A stretch of 64,000 nucleotides of DNA, from positions 1,842,153-1,906,152 of the forward strand of contig OZ240208.1 in NCBI GenBank assembly GCA_965197455.1, written 5' to 3'. A program made the position numbers and the translations under genes. This document shows, one piece after another, positions 52,485-61,651 of this stretch. Source of the stretch: Phototrophicaceae bacterium (lineage in GTDB: Bacteria; Chloroflexota; Anaerolineae; Aggregatilineales; Phototrophicaceae). Below the pieces are notes generated by a model. The model was not told where the DNA came from and made no database searches. It saw nothing but the letters and a program-made list of their open reading frames with translations. Position 1 is the stretch's first letter. Every line of letters starts with the position of its first letter.

Positions 52485-53933
52485 ATGAACGACTGGACAC
52501 CCGTCATCGGCCTTGAGGTGCACGCCGAGCTGCAGACCGCCAGCAAGATGTTCAGCGATTGCCCGGTGGTTGACAGCGTCGAGGCCGCGCCCAACAGCGC
52601 CGTGGACGCCGTCTCGCTGGGCCTGCCGGGCACGCTGCCGGTCATCAACCGCCGCGCCATGGAGTACGGCATGATGGTCGGCCTTGCGCTCAACTGCGAG
52701 ATTCCGCCTGTCAATCGCTTCGACCGCAAAAGCTACTTCTACCCCGACCTGCCCAAGGGTTACCAGATCAGCCAGTACGAACTTCCGCTGGCCGTCAACG
52801 GCCACGTTGATATCGAACTGGCAGATGGCCGCAGCAAGCGCATTCGCGTACGCCGCGCGCACATGGAAGAGGACACCGGCAAGCTGACGCACGTCGCCGG
52901 TGGTTTCAGCCTGGTCGATTACAACCGCGCCGGCGTGCCCCTGCTGGAAATCGTGACCGAGCCCGACCTGGCCAACGCCGCCGAGGCGGAGGCCTTCGCG
53001 CGCAGCCTGCGCGGCATCCTGCGCTGGCTGCGCGTCAACAGCGGCGACATGTCGAAGGGCGTGCTGCGCTTCGAGGCCAACGTCAGTTTGCGCCGGCCCA
53101 ACGACGCCGATCTGCGTACGCGCACCGAAATCAAGAACCTCAACAGCATTCGCCACATGACGCGCGCCATCGAAAGCGAGCTGCGGCGTCAGCAGCGACT
53201 CTACGAAAGCGGCGACACAGTGCGCCAGGCCACGCTCGGCTGGGACGAAGACGCGCAGCGCATCGTCGTGCAGCGCTACAAGGAGCGCGCCGATGAGTAT
53301 CGCTACTTCCCGGAGCCGGACCTGCCCGTCGTGGAGGTCAGCGCGGCCTGGGTCAACGAGATACGCGCGCGCATTCCCGAACTGCCAGAAGCGCGCGCGC
53401 AACGCTTCGTGGCGCAGCACGCTCTCACTTCCGCCGACGCGCAGCAGCTGGTGACGGAGCGGGCAGTCGCGGACTTCTACGAGGCGACCTTGCAGGACGG
53501 CGTCGAGCCGCAGACCTGCGCGAAGTGGATTTGCGGCGCGCTCTTCGCGCTGATGAACGCCCGCGAGACCGCGCGCGAAGACATCGGGCAACTGCGCTTC
53601 AGCGCCGCGCAGTTCTCAGCCCTGCTGCGCATGGTGAGCGATAATACGCTCAACCGCGGCACGGCGACGGCGGTGCTGGAAGCCATGTGGGAGAGCGGCG
53701 CAGCGCCGGAGCAGATCGTGCGCGAACGCGGCCTGGCGCAAATCTCTGACAGCAACGTTATAGAAGAGACCGTCGACCAGGTGCTGGCGCAGCAGACGCA
53801 GCTGGTAGCCCGCTATCAGGCCGGCGAAACGAAGTTACTGGGCGCCTTAATGGGCCAGGCGATGAAAGCCCTGCGCGGCCAGGGCAATCCGGCCGCCGTG
53901 CGCGCGGCGCTGCTGCAGCGTCTGGACGTGTAG
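52485..53933 (+). CDS. gatB: Asp-tRNA(Asn)/Glu-tRNA(Gln) amidotransferase subunit B
   Basis: Motifs MNDWTPVIGLEVHAEL, SKMF, YFYPDLPKGYQISQ, RAHMEEDTGK and DYNRAGVPLLEIVTEPD, plus a C-terminal GatB/YqeY domain. Confidence 0.95.
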   Translation: MNDWTPVIGLEVHAELQTASKMFSDCPVVDSVEAAPNSAVDAVSLGLPGTLPVINRRAMEYGMMVGLALNCEIPPVNRFDRKSYFYPDLPKGYQISQYELPLAVNGHVDIELADGRSKRIRVRRAHMEEDTGKLTHVAGGFSLVDYNRAGVPLLEIVTEPDLANAAEAEAFARSLRGILRWLRVNSGDMSKGVLRFEANVSLRRPNDADLRTRTEIKNLNSIRHMTRAIESELRRQQRLYESGDTVRQATLGWDEDAQRIVVQRYKERADEYRYFPEPDLPVVEVSAAWVNEIRARIPELPEARAQRFVAQHALTSADAQQLVTERAVADFYEATLQDGVEPQTCAKWICGALFALMNARETAREDIGQLRFSAAQFSALLRMVSDNTLNRGTATAVLEAMWESGAAPEQIVRERGLAQISDSNVIEETVDQVLAQQTQLVARYQAGETKLLGALMGQAMKALRGQGNPAAVRAALLQRLDV

Positions 53934-53937
53934 CCGC

Positions 53938-55500
53938 TCAGTAGCCGGCGCGCAGTAGCAGCCAGGCGACCGCCGTCATCCCCGCCAGCAATACAGCACC
54001 GTAGAGCAGCAGACTGCGCAGGACGCGCCCCTCGTCGCCGCGCCCGATGCCAACCGTGCTGGCGCCCACCAGAATCTTGGCCGGCGCCATCATGCTGGCG
54101 ATGGCCGCGGACGCGGTCTGCAACGCCAGCACCAGCGACACGCTCAGCCCCATCAACTGCGCACTGTCCAGCTGCAGACCGGCGAAGACTGCGTTCGAGT
54201 TGGTGTTGCTGCCGGTCATGAAGGAGCCCAGCGTGCCGATCAGCGTGGCGACCACGGCGTACCAGTCTGGCGCGACCGCGCGGCTCAGCCACTCGGCCAG
54301 GGTGCGCGTCATGCCGGCGTTCTGCATCACGGTCGCCATGGCCACCATCGCGAGGATGCCGATCGCCGGGCGCAGGCCCTTCTGCCGCACGCCCTGCAGC
54401 ACGTCGCGTGCAGCACCGCCCCTCAACCATCCGCGCCTGCGGAAGAGCCAGAAGGCCAGCAGCGTGCTGTAGAGCAGCACCGAGCCCGTATGCACCAGCA
54501 GCGGGATGCCGACGCCCGGCGCCGCCGGCGTCACCCAGCCCAGCGACGTCTCCAGCTGCGGGATGTGGATGGCCGGGCGCACTTGACCGAAGAAGGCCTT
54601 CACCGGCTGCACGCCGATCAACCCGACGGCCAGCACGATCAGGATGACGTAGGGCGCAATCGCCAGGCGCAGCGGTGGCCCTTCTGCCTGGCCGGCCGCA
54701 ACGGCATCGCCCGCGCCGCGCCAGCGACGCCAGCGCGTGACCCACAGCCCGGTCAGCAGGCCCGCCAGACCGGCGCAGGCCGAGGCGATGTTCCACAGGC
54801 CGGCGACGGCGACCAGATATTGCACCACGGCCATCACCACGCCGATGACCAGCACCGCCGGCAGCGCGCGCCACAGCCCACGCAAGCCGCCCGCCGCGTG
54901 TGCCGCCAGCGCGCCGCAACCAGGCGCGGCCAGGCCCAGCAGTATCGCCGTGGGCGGTGCCAGCAGCGCCGAGGGCTGCCCCGTGACGCCGATCAGCGCG
55001 ATGAAGGAGGAGCCCAGCGAGCCGAAGGTCACCGCCCACGCGTGGCCGATGAAGGGCACGATGACGGCCGTCAGCGGCGAAAGACCGAGGCCGACCAGCA
55101 GCGGCGCGGTCACCGCGATGGGCACGCCGAAGCCGCCCACGCCCTGCAGGAAGGAGGCGAAGACCCAGCCCGTCAGCAGCACGCGCAGCACGCTGTCGCC
55201 GGTCAGTCCACCGAACCAGCGCGCGATCACGGCCAGCGCGCCGGCCGCGCTCACCACCTGGTAGAGCGCCAGCGCCGCCCATACGATGAGCACCACGTCG
55301 ATTGTCAGCACCAGGGCGCGCAGATGCGCGTAGAGCAGCAACTCAGTGCCGGCGCCGAAACGCAGCACGGCTATCAGCAGCGCCACCAGCCAGCCAGCCG
55401 GGCCAGCCTTTGCGCCGCCCATGCGCAGGCCGGTCATCAGCAGCAGCACGGTCAGGGGCGGGGCCGCAGCCAGCGCGACGCTCAGGGGGTCGGAGGGCAT
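53938..55500 (-). CDS. L-lactate permease (LctP family)
   Basis: Highly hydrophobic, about 520 aa. LctP-like GVGGFGVPIAVTAPLLVGLG. ATG 55500 is taken as the start. The alternative TTG 55536 would overlap the upstream stop. Confidence 0.8.
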   Translation of the reverse strand: MPSDPLSVALAAAPPLTVLLLMTGLRMGGAKAGPAGWLVALLIAVLRFGAGTELLLYAHLRALVLTIDVVLIVWAALALYQVVSAAGALAVIARWFGGLTGDSVLRVLLTGWVFASFLQGVGGFGVPIAVTAPLLVGLGLSPLTAVIVPFIGHAWAVTFGSLGSSFIALIGVTGQPSALLAPPTAILLGLAAPGCGALAAHAAGGLRGLWRALPAVLVIGVVMAVVQYLVAVAGLWNIASACAGLAGLLTGLWVTRWRRWRGAGDAVAAGQAEGPPLRLAIAPYVILIVLAVGLIGVQPVKAFFGQVRPAIHIPQLETSLGWVTPAAPGVGIPLLVHTGSVLLYSTLLAFWLFRRRGWLRGGAARDVLQGVRQKGLRPAIGILAMVAMATVMQNAGMTRTLAEWLSRAVAPDWYAVVATLIGTLGSFMTGSNTNSNAVFAGLQLDSAQLMGLSVSLVLALQTASAAIASMMAPAKILVGASTVGIGRGDEGRVLRSLLLYGAVLLAGMTAVAWLLLRAGY

Positions 55501-55532
55501 GGCAGGGAATATCGCCGCGCGCCAGACTCCTG

Positions 55533-56144
55533 TCAAGCGCTGCCTGGTTTGCGCGCGCGCAGAAAGGCCACCTGAGCCCCGGACCCGGCCTGGCCACGCG
55601 GGTCGGCGGGGTCGCTGAACATGTCGGGGATGCTGCGCCCTTCGGCCACCTCAATCTTCAGCTCCGGCAAGGCCGCCGCCAGCTCCGCCGCTGTGGTGAG
55701 CTCCGCAGCGGCAATGCCCCAGACCGCGCTCATCGAACGGTCCCATTCGGCGACGAGCAGGGTGCCACCCGGACGCAGCGCCTGGGCGGCCGTCTGCAAC
55801 GTGCGCTGAGCCGCGGCGCCGGCGGGCAGGGCGTAGGTGCTGATGACCAGATCGTAGTGCGCATCCGACTGCCAGGCGCTGAAATCGGCGCAGCAGAAAC
55901 GGGCGTCAAGGCCGCGAGCGAGCGCCGCTGCCCTGGCCAGTTCGATGGCGCTCGCGGCGCAGTCGATGCCGGTGACCTGCCAGCCGGCCGCGGCCAACAT
56001 TAGCGCGTTGGCGCCATTGCCGCAGCCCAGATCCAGCGCGCGCCCTGGTGTCAGCGTCGCCAGTTCACGCTGCAGCACGCACTCCACCACCATCACCTGG
56101 TCAGCCTCACTGCGCCAGGCTTCTTCCCAGAATGCTGCGTCCAT
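55533..56144 (-). CDS. Class I SAM-dependent methyltransferase
   Basis: ATG 56144 (MDAAFWEEAW). SAM-binding motif ALDLGCGNGANALMLA. Confidence 0.8.
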   Translation of the reverse strand: MDAAFWEEAWRSEADQVMVVECVLQRELATLTPGRALDLGCGNGANALMLAAAGWQVTGIDCAASAIELARAAALARGLDARFCCADFSAWQSDAHYDLVISTYALPAGAAAQRTLQTAAQALRPGGTLLVAEWDRSMSAVWGIAAAELTTAAELAAALPELKIEVAEGRSIPDMFSDPADPRGQAGSGAQVAFLRARKPGSA

Positions 56145-56232
56145 GCGAGTCGCTCCCTGTTCTGCCGCAGGTATAGCGCGCATGGGCCTGCCAGGGCAAG
56201 ATGATGGGCGCTCGAATATCGGGGAGCAGCGC

Positions 56233-57177
56233 ATGAGCCTGGAAGCCCTGGCGCGACAACTCAGGCGAGCGAAAGACAGCGCTGAACGGCGGACCCTGGC
56301 GCTCGAACTGCTGGCAAGCAGCCAGCGGCGTGAGCTGGTCGACGAGGCCCTGCGCGCGCTGGAGGGCAGCGACCCCGGTGACGAGGCGCGTCCACTGTTG
56401 CGCGCCCGCGCCTTGCATTACTTCGACGAGCCGCAGCGCGACCATGGCGCGCTCATCCGCGAACAGCTGTTGCGCCTGTTGCTGCATATCGGTCACCCTG
56501 AGGAGCGCGATCTCTGGCTGCGCGCGCTGGACACCTACGAAATCGAACCCATGATGGGCGAGGTCACGCAGAACCTGCGCGCCATCGGTCTCGTCGGCCT
56601 GGCCGGGCACGTGCCCGAGATGGCACAGCGGCACGCAGTACGCCTGCTGCACGAACTGGAGTCCACCTCACGCTTCAACAGCGAGCCGGCGTTGACCGCG
56701 CTCAACCTGCTGGCGCAGCAGGAACAGCCGCTGGTGATCTATGGCTGGCTGCTGGCCAGCGCCGCCGAGGCTCTTGACCTCGGGCTGGATGAACTGGTGG
56801 GCCGGGCGCTGGAATCGCTGGGCGCGGACTTGCCGCCCAGGCTTTATCGTCCGCTGCTGGAGCAGTTCGCCGGGCGCGACCGCGCGTTGGTGAACATGGG
56901 CCTGGCGACGCACATCGTCGAGAGTCGCGCGCAGCCGCTCTACGATGCGCTGGAGTCAATCCTGACGCAGACGCGCCACGACGAGTTGCACAACTACATC
57001 GTGGTGTTGCTGGCCGGCGCGCGTGAACCAGAGCTGGAGCGACGCCTGCTGGCGCTGGCCCGGCTGAGCCCGCCGCAGCGCTGCAATAACTTCCTGGCGG
57101 CGCTGGAGCTGCTGCCCGGCAAGCCGGACGCGGAACTGCAGGCCTGGCTGCGTCAGCGGCAGCGGCAACGCGCCTGA
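56233..57177 (+). CDS. Helical-repeat (HEAT-like) hypothetical protein
   Basis: ATG 56233 (MSLEALARQL). 314 aa, Leu/Ala/Arg-rich with repetitive helical character. No catalytic motif. Confidence 0.55.
   Translation: MSLEALARQLRRAKDSAERRTLALELLASSQRRELVDEALRALEGSDPGDEARPLLRARALHYFDEPQRDHGALIREQLLRLLLHIGHPEERDLWLRALDTYEIEPMMGEVTQNLRAIGLVGLAGHVPEMAQRHAVRLLHELESTSRFNSEPALTALNLLAQQEQPLVIYGWLLASAAEALDLGLDELVGRALESLGADLPPRLYRPLLEQFAGRDRALVNMGLATHIVESRAQPLYDALESILTQTRHDELHNYIVVLLAGAREPELERRLLALARLSPPQRCNNFLAALELLPGKPDAELQAWLRQRQRQRA
56961..57017 (+). repeat. 57-nt imperfect direct repeat, copy A (inside the helical-repeat gene)
   Basis: cctgacgcagacgcgccacgacgagttgcacaactacatcgtggtgttgctggccgg. 52 of 57 nt are identical to 57983..58039. 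Confidence 0.8.
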
Positions 57178-57185
57178 GACCTGAA

Positions 57186-57614
57186 TTAAAGAGGTTGTGA
57201 AGCGATGTTGACCAGACTGAGACCTTCCGCGCTCGCGGCGCGCAACTGCCTGCGGTCCAGGCTGACGAGCGAGTAGCCAAAGTCTACTGCCATTGCAAGG
57301 TAGCAACTGTCGTAGACGGTCAGGTTATGCGTTAAGGTGAGTTTCAAGGTTTCCTTGAGAAATTCTCCCGATTCCACGCACTGCAACCCCAGACCCTGCA
57401 AGGTCTCCATGGTTGACATCGCGTCGTTCGTTGACCAACCGTGGAAACGGGCCTGCTTCCAGATGGTGTTGGTGCACTCCAGCAGGCAGAAGTCTGGTAC
57501 AACTCTCGCCTCTTCTTCCTCGATCAGTCTCAGAAACTCGAGAGTTCTCTCATGCAACGGGCCAGCGATGAGCAACTCCATAATCTCGCTGGCGTCCAGA
57601 ACATATCCGGTCAT
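57186..57614 (-). CDS. vapC: PIN-domain toxin VapC
   Basis: 142 aa. Acidic PIN residues occur in YVLDAS, LLECTN, VYDSCYL and SLDRR. ATGA overlap with the upstream small gene. Confidence 0.85.
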   Translation of the reverse strand: MTGYVLDASEIMELLIAGPLHERTLEFLRLIEEEEARVVPDFCLLECTNTIWKQARFHGWSTNDAMSTMETLQGLGLQCVESGEFLKETLKLTLTHNLTVYDSCYLAMAVDFGYSLVSLDRRQLRAASAEGLSLVNIASQPL

Positions 57615-57937
57615 TCAGAACTGCCGTGGAGTTTGCGCTCCACGGTGATCCACTCGCTGCCGGTGAGCTTCCGCGATGGCTTCCAGTTGCGGATCGCTTC
57701 CCGTTCCTCAATGATCAGCTGCGAGCCGGATTTGGCGCCTGGCTTCTGTACAAAACGATTGCGTTCAACCTCGTCGAGTCTCTGCTGCCAGGTACGCCCA
57801 TCCCTTGCAGCGGAATTTGGTCTGCGCACAAAACCATTCTCGCACAAAAGCCTCGCGACCCGCTCATCGACTATCCTGGCAACCAACTGCTTCAATTCCG
57901 CGCGCGTCATCTCGCCAACGCGTTCCATCATCCGCAT
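57611..57937 (-). CDS. Putative cognate antitoxin (108 aa, family not recognised)
   Basis: Small ORF immediately upstream of vapC with a 4-nt overlap. Reduced GC, like vapC. Start codon uncertain because several Met residues lie near the N-terminus. Confidence 0.55.
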   Translation of the reverse strand: MRMMERVGEMTRAELKQLVARIVDERVARLLCENGFVRRPNSAARDGRTWQQRLDEVERNRFVQKPGAKSGSQLIIEEREAIRNWKPSRKLTGSEWITVERKLHGSSE

Positions 57938-57982
57938 CCTGACTCACCTGACAAGATGATTGTAGCACAGCAGGGAGCCAGG

Positions 57983-58039
57983 CCTGACGCAGACGCGCCA
58001 GGACGAGCTGCTCAACTACATCGTGGTGCTGCTGGTCGG
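57983..58039 (+). repeat. 57-nt imperfect direct repeat, copy B (relic gene tail)
   Basis: Translates in frame as LTQTRQDELLNYIVVLLVGLL followed by stop 58047-58049. This compares with LTQTRHDELHNYIVVLLAGA in the intact gene. Confidence 0.8.
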
Positions 58040-58045
58040 GCTGCT

Positions 58046-59296
58046 TTAGCCACAGGACTTCTGGGGGCAGGCGCTGGCCCAGTCTATCTCGTCAGCGGGC
58101 CCGTAGACCTGCAGCATCTCCACAGTGCCTGCCTCAATGCGGTAGATGCCCGTCTGCGCCGTCAGGCATTCGCCGTCTGCCGCGCAGGTGATGTCGCCGG
58201 ACACGCCTGCATAGCCGTCCAGAGCGTCCACGTAGTCGAGCAGCGCCGCGCGGTCGATGGCCAGCGCGCCATCTTCCGCCACCTCCGCGACCGCCTCAAT
58301 GGCGTCCAGCAGAATGTGGTAGGCGTCAAAGCCGCCAACATGGTAGGGCGCGGAGGGCGACTCGCCGAACATGTCCACGAAGCGACGGGTCATCGCGGCG
58401 GCGACCGCTGTGTCCGGCTCCAGCGGCGTCGCGCCATAGACGCCATCGGCCGCCGGCCCCAGCGTGTCAATCAGCCGGTGCGCCCAGTTCGACTCGTTGC
58501 CAAAGAATGGCGTCTCCGCCAGACCCGCCGCCTCGCGCCCGGCGAGCACGGCGACCGAGTGCAGCGTGTCGCAGGCGCAGTAGAGCCAGTCGATATCGGC
58601 CGCTGCAATCTCCTCAAGCAGGGCCGCCAACTGCGCCTCTTCCAGCTCGGTCGGCAGCAGGGCCTCCAGCACGATCTCTCCGCCCAGCCCTGTGAAGCGC
58701 GCGTCCAGCTCCCCAGCCAGGCCCTGGTAGAAGGCGTTGCTTTCGCTATGCAACACGGCGATGCGCCGCGCGTCGACCTGCTCATAGAGGTAGCGGGCGG
58801 CCCCTTCCATCACACCCGTGTCCGCGCCAACCAGGCGGTGGAAGCTGGTGAAGCCCTGCTCGCTCAGGGCCGGCAGCGAGCAACTGGGGGTGATACTGGT
58901 GTAGCCGGCCTCGTCGAGCACCGGCGCAACCGCCAGACAGGAGCTGGAGCAGTTGGGGCCGATGATCGCCGCCACGCGCCCCTGCGCGACATAGTCCGCC
59001 GCGAGCGCGGCAGCCTGGTCGAAATCGCAGCCTGAATCGCCATGAACCAGCTCGACGGGGATCGCGCGCCCGCCAATCGACAGGGTCGGTCGCTCCGATT
59101 GGGCCAGCAGTACGCCCAGCTTGCTGACATGGCCGAGGCTGTGCTCGATCGCGCCGCGCGTCATCACGCCCAGCGCCACGGGTGCGTCCGGCGCGACGGT
59201 GAGCACCCCTTCTTCAGCACCCAGTGGCGCGCAAATCACCAGCGCCAGACTGAGCGAAAGCAACCTGGCAACCCTGGGTAACGTCCCCCGCGTCAT
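58046..59296 (-). CDS. ABC transporter substrate-binding protein (LivJ/Peripla_BP_6-like)
   Basis: 416 aa. Signal peptide LLSLSLALVICAPLGA. Type I periplasmic-binding-protein pattern (AAIIGPNCSS, YQGLA). No cognate permease genes are adjacent. Confidence 0.75.
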   Translation of the reverse strand: MTRGTLPRVARLLSLSLALVICAPLGAEEGVLTVAPDAPVALGVMTRGAIEHSLGHVSKLGVLLAQSERPTLSIGGRAIPVELVHGDSGCDFDQAAALAADYVAQGRVAAIIGPNCSSSCLAVAPVLDEAGYTSITPSCSLPALSEQGFTSFHRLVGADTGVMEGAARYLYEQVDARRIAVLHSESNAFYQGLAGELDARFTGLGGEIVLEALLPTELEEAQLAALLEEIAAADIDWLYCACDTLHSVAVLAGREAAGLAETPFFGNESNWAHRLIDTLGPAADGVYGATPLEPDTAVAAAMTRRFVDMFGESPSAPYHVGGFDAYHILLDAIEAVAEVAEDGALAIDRAALLDYVDALDGYAGVSGDITCAADGECLTAQTGIYRIEAGTVEMLQVYGPADEIDWASACPQKSCG

Positions 59297-59340
59297 TATT
59301 TGCCTCCATTGGCCGCGTCTGTGACGGCCAATCCCCGGCT

Positions 59341-60312
59341 TTACTCCCCGCGTTCGGGCGACCCCGTGCGGCGGGCGTCAAGGTCTTGTTCCGCGCGCGC
59401 GGCAATGCCACTGGCAGAGCGAAGCAGGCGACGGCGGGCGCGCTGAAGGTCCTGCTCGTGCTTGAGCAGCACCGACAGCGTGCGCCCCAGCGTACGCCGG
59501 TCGAGCGTGTCGGCCTGCAGCGCCACCAGCGCCCTGGCCCAGTCGATGGTTTCGGAAATGCCCGGGTTCTTGCGCAGGTCCAGGTCACGCAGGCCCTGCA
59601 CCAGCGCGACGGCCTGGGCGGCCAGGCGCTCGTTCAGCTGCGGCACATGCAGGCGCAGAATCTCAAGCTCGGTCTCCTGCGCCGGATAGTCGATGAAGGT
59701 ATACAGGCAGCGGCGACGCAGGGCTTCGGAGAGCTCGCGGGTGTGGTTGCTGGTGAGCACGACGGCGGGGCGATGACGGGCGCGGATGGTGCCCAGCTCC
59801 GGCACGCTGACCTGAAACTCGCTCAGCACTTCCAGCAGGAAGGCCTCAAACTCGGCGTCGGCGCGGTCGATCTCGTCGATCAGCAGCAGCGCCGGCTCCT
59901 CGCTGGTGATGGCCTGCAACAGGGGCCGCGCGAGCAGGAAGCGCTCGGAGAAGAAGACCTCTTCCTGGCCGGCGAGCTGGTCAGCAGCTTCCGCCAGGCT
60001 GCCGGCCGTGGCCAGCATCTCGCCCAGCTTGTCGCGCAGCAGCTGGGTGTAGAGCATCTGCCGCGCGTACTCCCATTCGTAGAGCGCGCGGCTCTCGTCA
60101 AGGCCTTCGTAGCATTGCAGGCGAATTAGGCGGCGTCCGCTGGCGGCGGCCCAGGCGATGGCCAGCGCAGTCTTGCCCACGCCGGCGGGACCTTCAGCCA
60201 GCAGGGGGCGCTGCAGCTCTTGCGCGAGGAAGAGCACTGTCGCGAGTTCTTCACTGGCAATATAACCCTGCGCGCCCAGTGCCGTACCCAGGGCAGCGTA
60301 GTTGTCAGGCAT
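59341..60312 (-). CDS. MoxR/AAA_5-type AAA+ ATPase
   Basis: 323 aa. Walker A GPAGVGKT, Walker B LLLIDEIDRA, and LTSNHTRELSEALRRRCLY. 8-nt overlap with the uppS stop. Confidence 0.85.
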   Translation of the reverse strand: MPDNYAALGTALGAQGYIASEELATVLFLAQELQRPLLAEGPAGVGKTALAIAWAAASGRRLIRLQCYEGLDESRALYEWEYARQMLYTQLLRDKLGEMLATAGSLAEAADQLAGQEEVFFSERFLLARPLLQAITSEEPALLLIDEIDRADAEFEAFLLEVLSEFQVSVPELGTIRARHRPAVVLTSNHTRELSEALRRRCLYTFIDYPAQETELEILRLHVPQLNERLAAQAVALVQGLRDLDLRKNPGISETIDWARALVALQADTLDRRTLGRTLSVLLKHEQDLQRARRRLLRSASGIAARAEQDLDARRTGSPERGE

Positions 60313-61072
60313 GCGAGCCGGGAAGCTTCAGGCGCAGCTGCTCGTCGGTCTTGCCGAAGCGCCGCGTGCGCCGGCTGTATTCGTCCAGCGCTGCCCACAA
60401 ATGCTCGCGGCCAAAATCCGGCCAGTAGACCGGCGTAAAGTGGTATTCGGAGTAGCTGCCCTGCCACACGAGGAAGTTGCTCAGGCGCTGCTCGCCGCTG
60501 GTGCGGATGATGAGGTCGGGGTCCGGCAGCGGACTGGTGTACATGTAGCGGTCGATGAGCGCCTCGTCGATCGCTTCCGGCGGGATGCCGTCGGCGACGA
60601 TGCGGCGCAGGGCGCGCACGATTTCATCGCGTCCACCGTAGTTGAGGGCCACGTTGAGGATCATGCAGCGGTTGTGGCGCGTCAGCGCGACGGCCTTGCG
60701 AATCTTGCGCTGCAGCGAAGCGGGAATGCCCTCCAGCTCGCCAATGTGCCGGATCTGCACGCCCTGCTCGTCCAGCTCGCGCAGCTCGCGGTCGATGACC
60801 AGTTCGAGCGTGTCCATCAGCACGCGCACCTCGGTGCGCGGGCGCTTCCAGTTTTCGGTGGAGAAGGCGTAGAGCGTCAGCACCTCAATGCCGAACTCGA
60901 CCGAAGCGCGCAGAATCTCGCGCAGGTTCTCGGTCCCCTGGCGATGTCCCTCGGCGCGCGGCAGCCCCCTGGACCTGGCCCAGCGTCCATTGCCGTCCAT
61001 AATAATGGCCACGTGCCGTGGCACGTGCGCCGGGAGCCTGCCGTTGCGGGAAGTCGCGACCATGGTAGCCAT
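60305..61072 (-). CDS. uppS: Isoprenyl transferase (undecaprenyl-diphosphate synthase)
   Basis: Motifs HVAIIMDGNGRWA, LTLYAFSTENWKRP, RTSGEQRLSNFLVWQ and YSEYHFT. Confidence 0.95.
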   Translation of the reverse strand: MATMVATSRNGRLPAHVPRHVAIIMDGNGRWARSRGLPRAEGHRQGTENLREILRASVEFGIEVLTLYAFSTENWKRPRTEVRVLMDTLELVIDRELRELDEQGVQIRHIGELEGIPASLQRKIRKAVALTRHNRCMILNVALNYGGRDEIVRALRRIVADGIPPEAIDEALIDRYMYTSPLPDPDLIIRTSGEQRLSNFLVWQGSYSEYHFTPVYWPDFGREHLWAALDEYSRRTRRFGKTDEQLRLKLPGSHA

Positions 61073-61093
61073 CAGTGCCCGGCCCGCGAGGGC

Positions 61094-61651
61094 TCAGACC
61101 TCCAGGATTTCCGTCTCCTTGAGCTTGCCCAGCTCATCGATTTTGGCGATGCTGTCATCGGTGAGCTGCTGCACTTCCGTCTGGCCCTGCTTCATCTCGT
61201 CCTCGGAGATCAGCTTCTCGCGCTCGAACTCCTTCAGGTCGTCATTGGCCGAGCGGCGGATGTTGCGCACGGACACGCGCGCATCCTCGATGCGCCGGTT
61301 GAGCACCTTCACCAGCTCCTGGCGCCGCTCACGGGTGAGGGGCGGCATGTTCAGGCGGATGACGTCGCCATCCGTACCAGGTGTGGCGCCCACATTGGCT
61401 TGCATGATGGCGCGTTCGATGCCCTTGATGGCCGCCTTGTCGTAGGGGCGGATGAGAATCTGCAGGGCTTCCGGCGTCGAGATGTTGGCCAGCTGGCGCA
61501 GTTCCGATTCCTGTCCGTAGTACTCGACTTTCAGCCGGTCCACCAGCGCGGTACTCGCGCGCCCGCTGCGCAGACCCGCCAGGTCCTCGGTCAGGAAAGA
61601 GAGCGTGGAACGCATCTTCTCCCTGGCTTCGCCCATAATGTCGTCAATCAT
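61094..61651 (-). CDS. frr: Ribosome recycling factor
   Basis: ATG 61651 (MIDDIMGEAREKM). Motifs GRASTALVDRLKVEYYG, IRLNMPPLTRERRQELVK and RNIRRSANDDLK. Confidence 0.95.
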   Translation of the reverse strand: MIDDIMGEAREKMRSTLSFLTEDLAGLRSGRASTALVDRLKVEYYGQESELRQLANISTPEALQILIRPYDKAAIKGIERAIMQANVGATPGTDGDVIRLNMPPLTRERRQELVKVLNRRIEDARVSVRNIRRSANDDLKEFEREKLISEDEMKQGQTEVQQLTDDSIAKIDELGKLKETEILEV

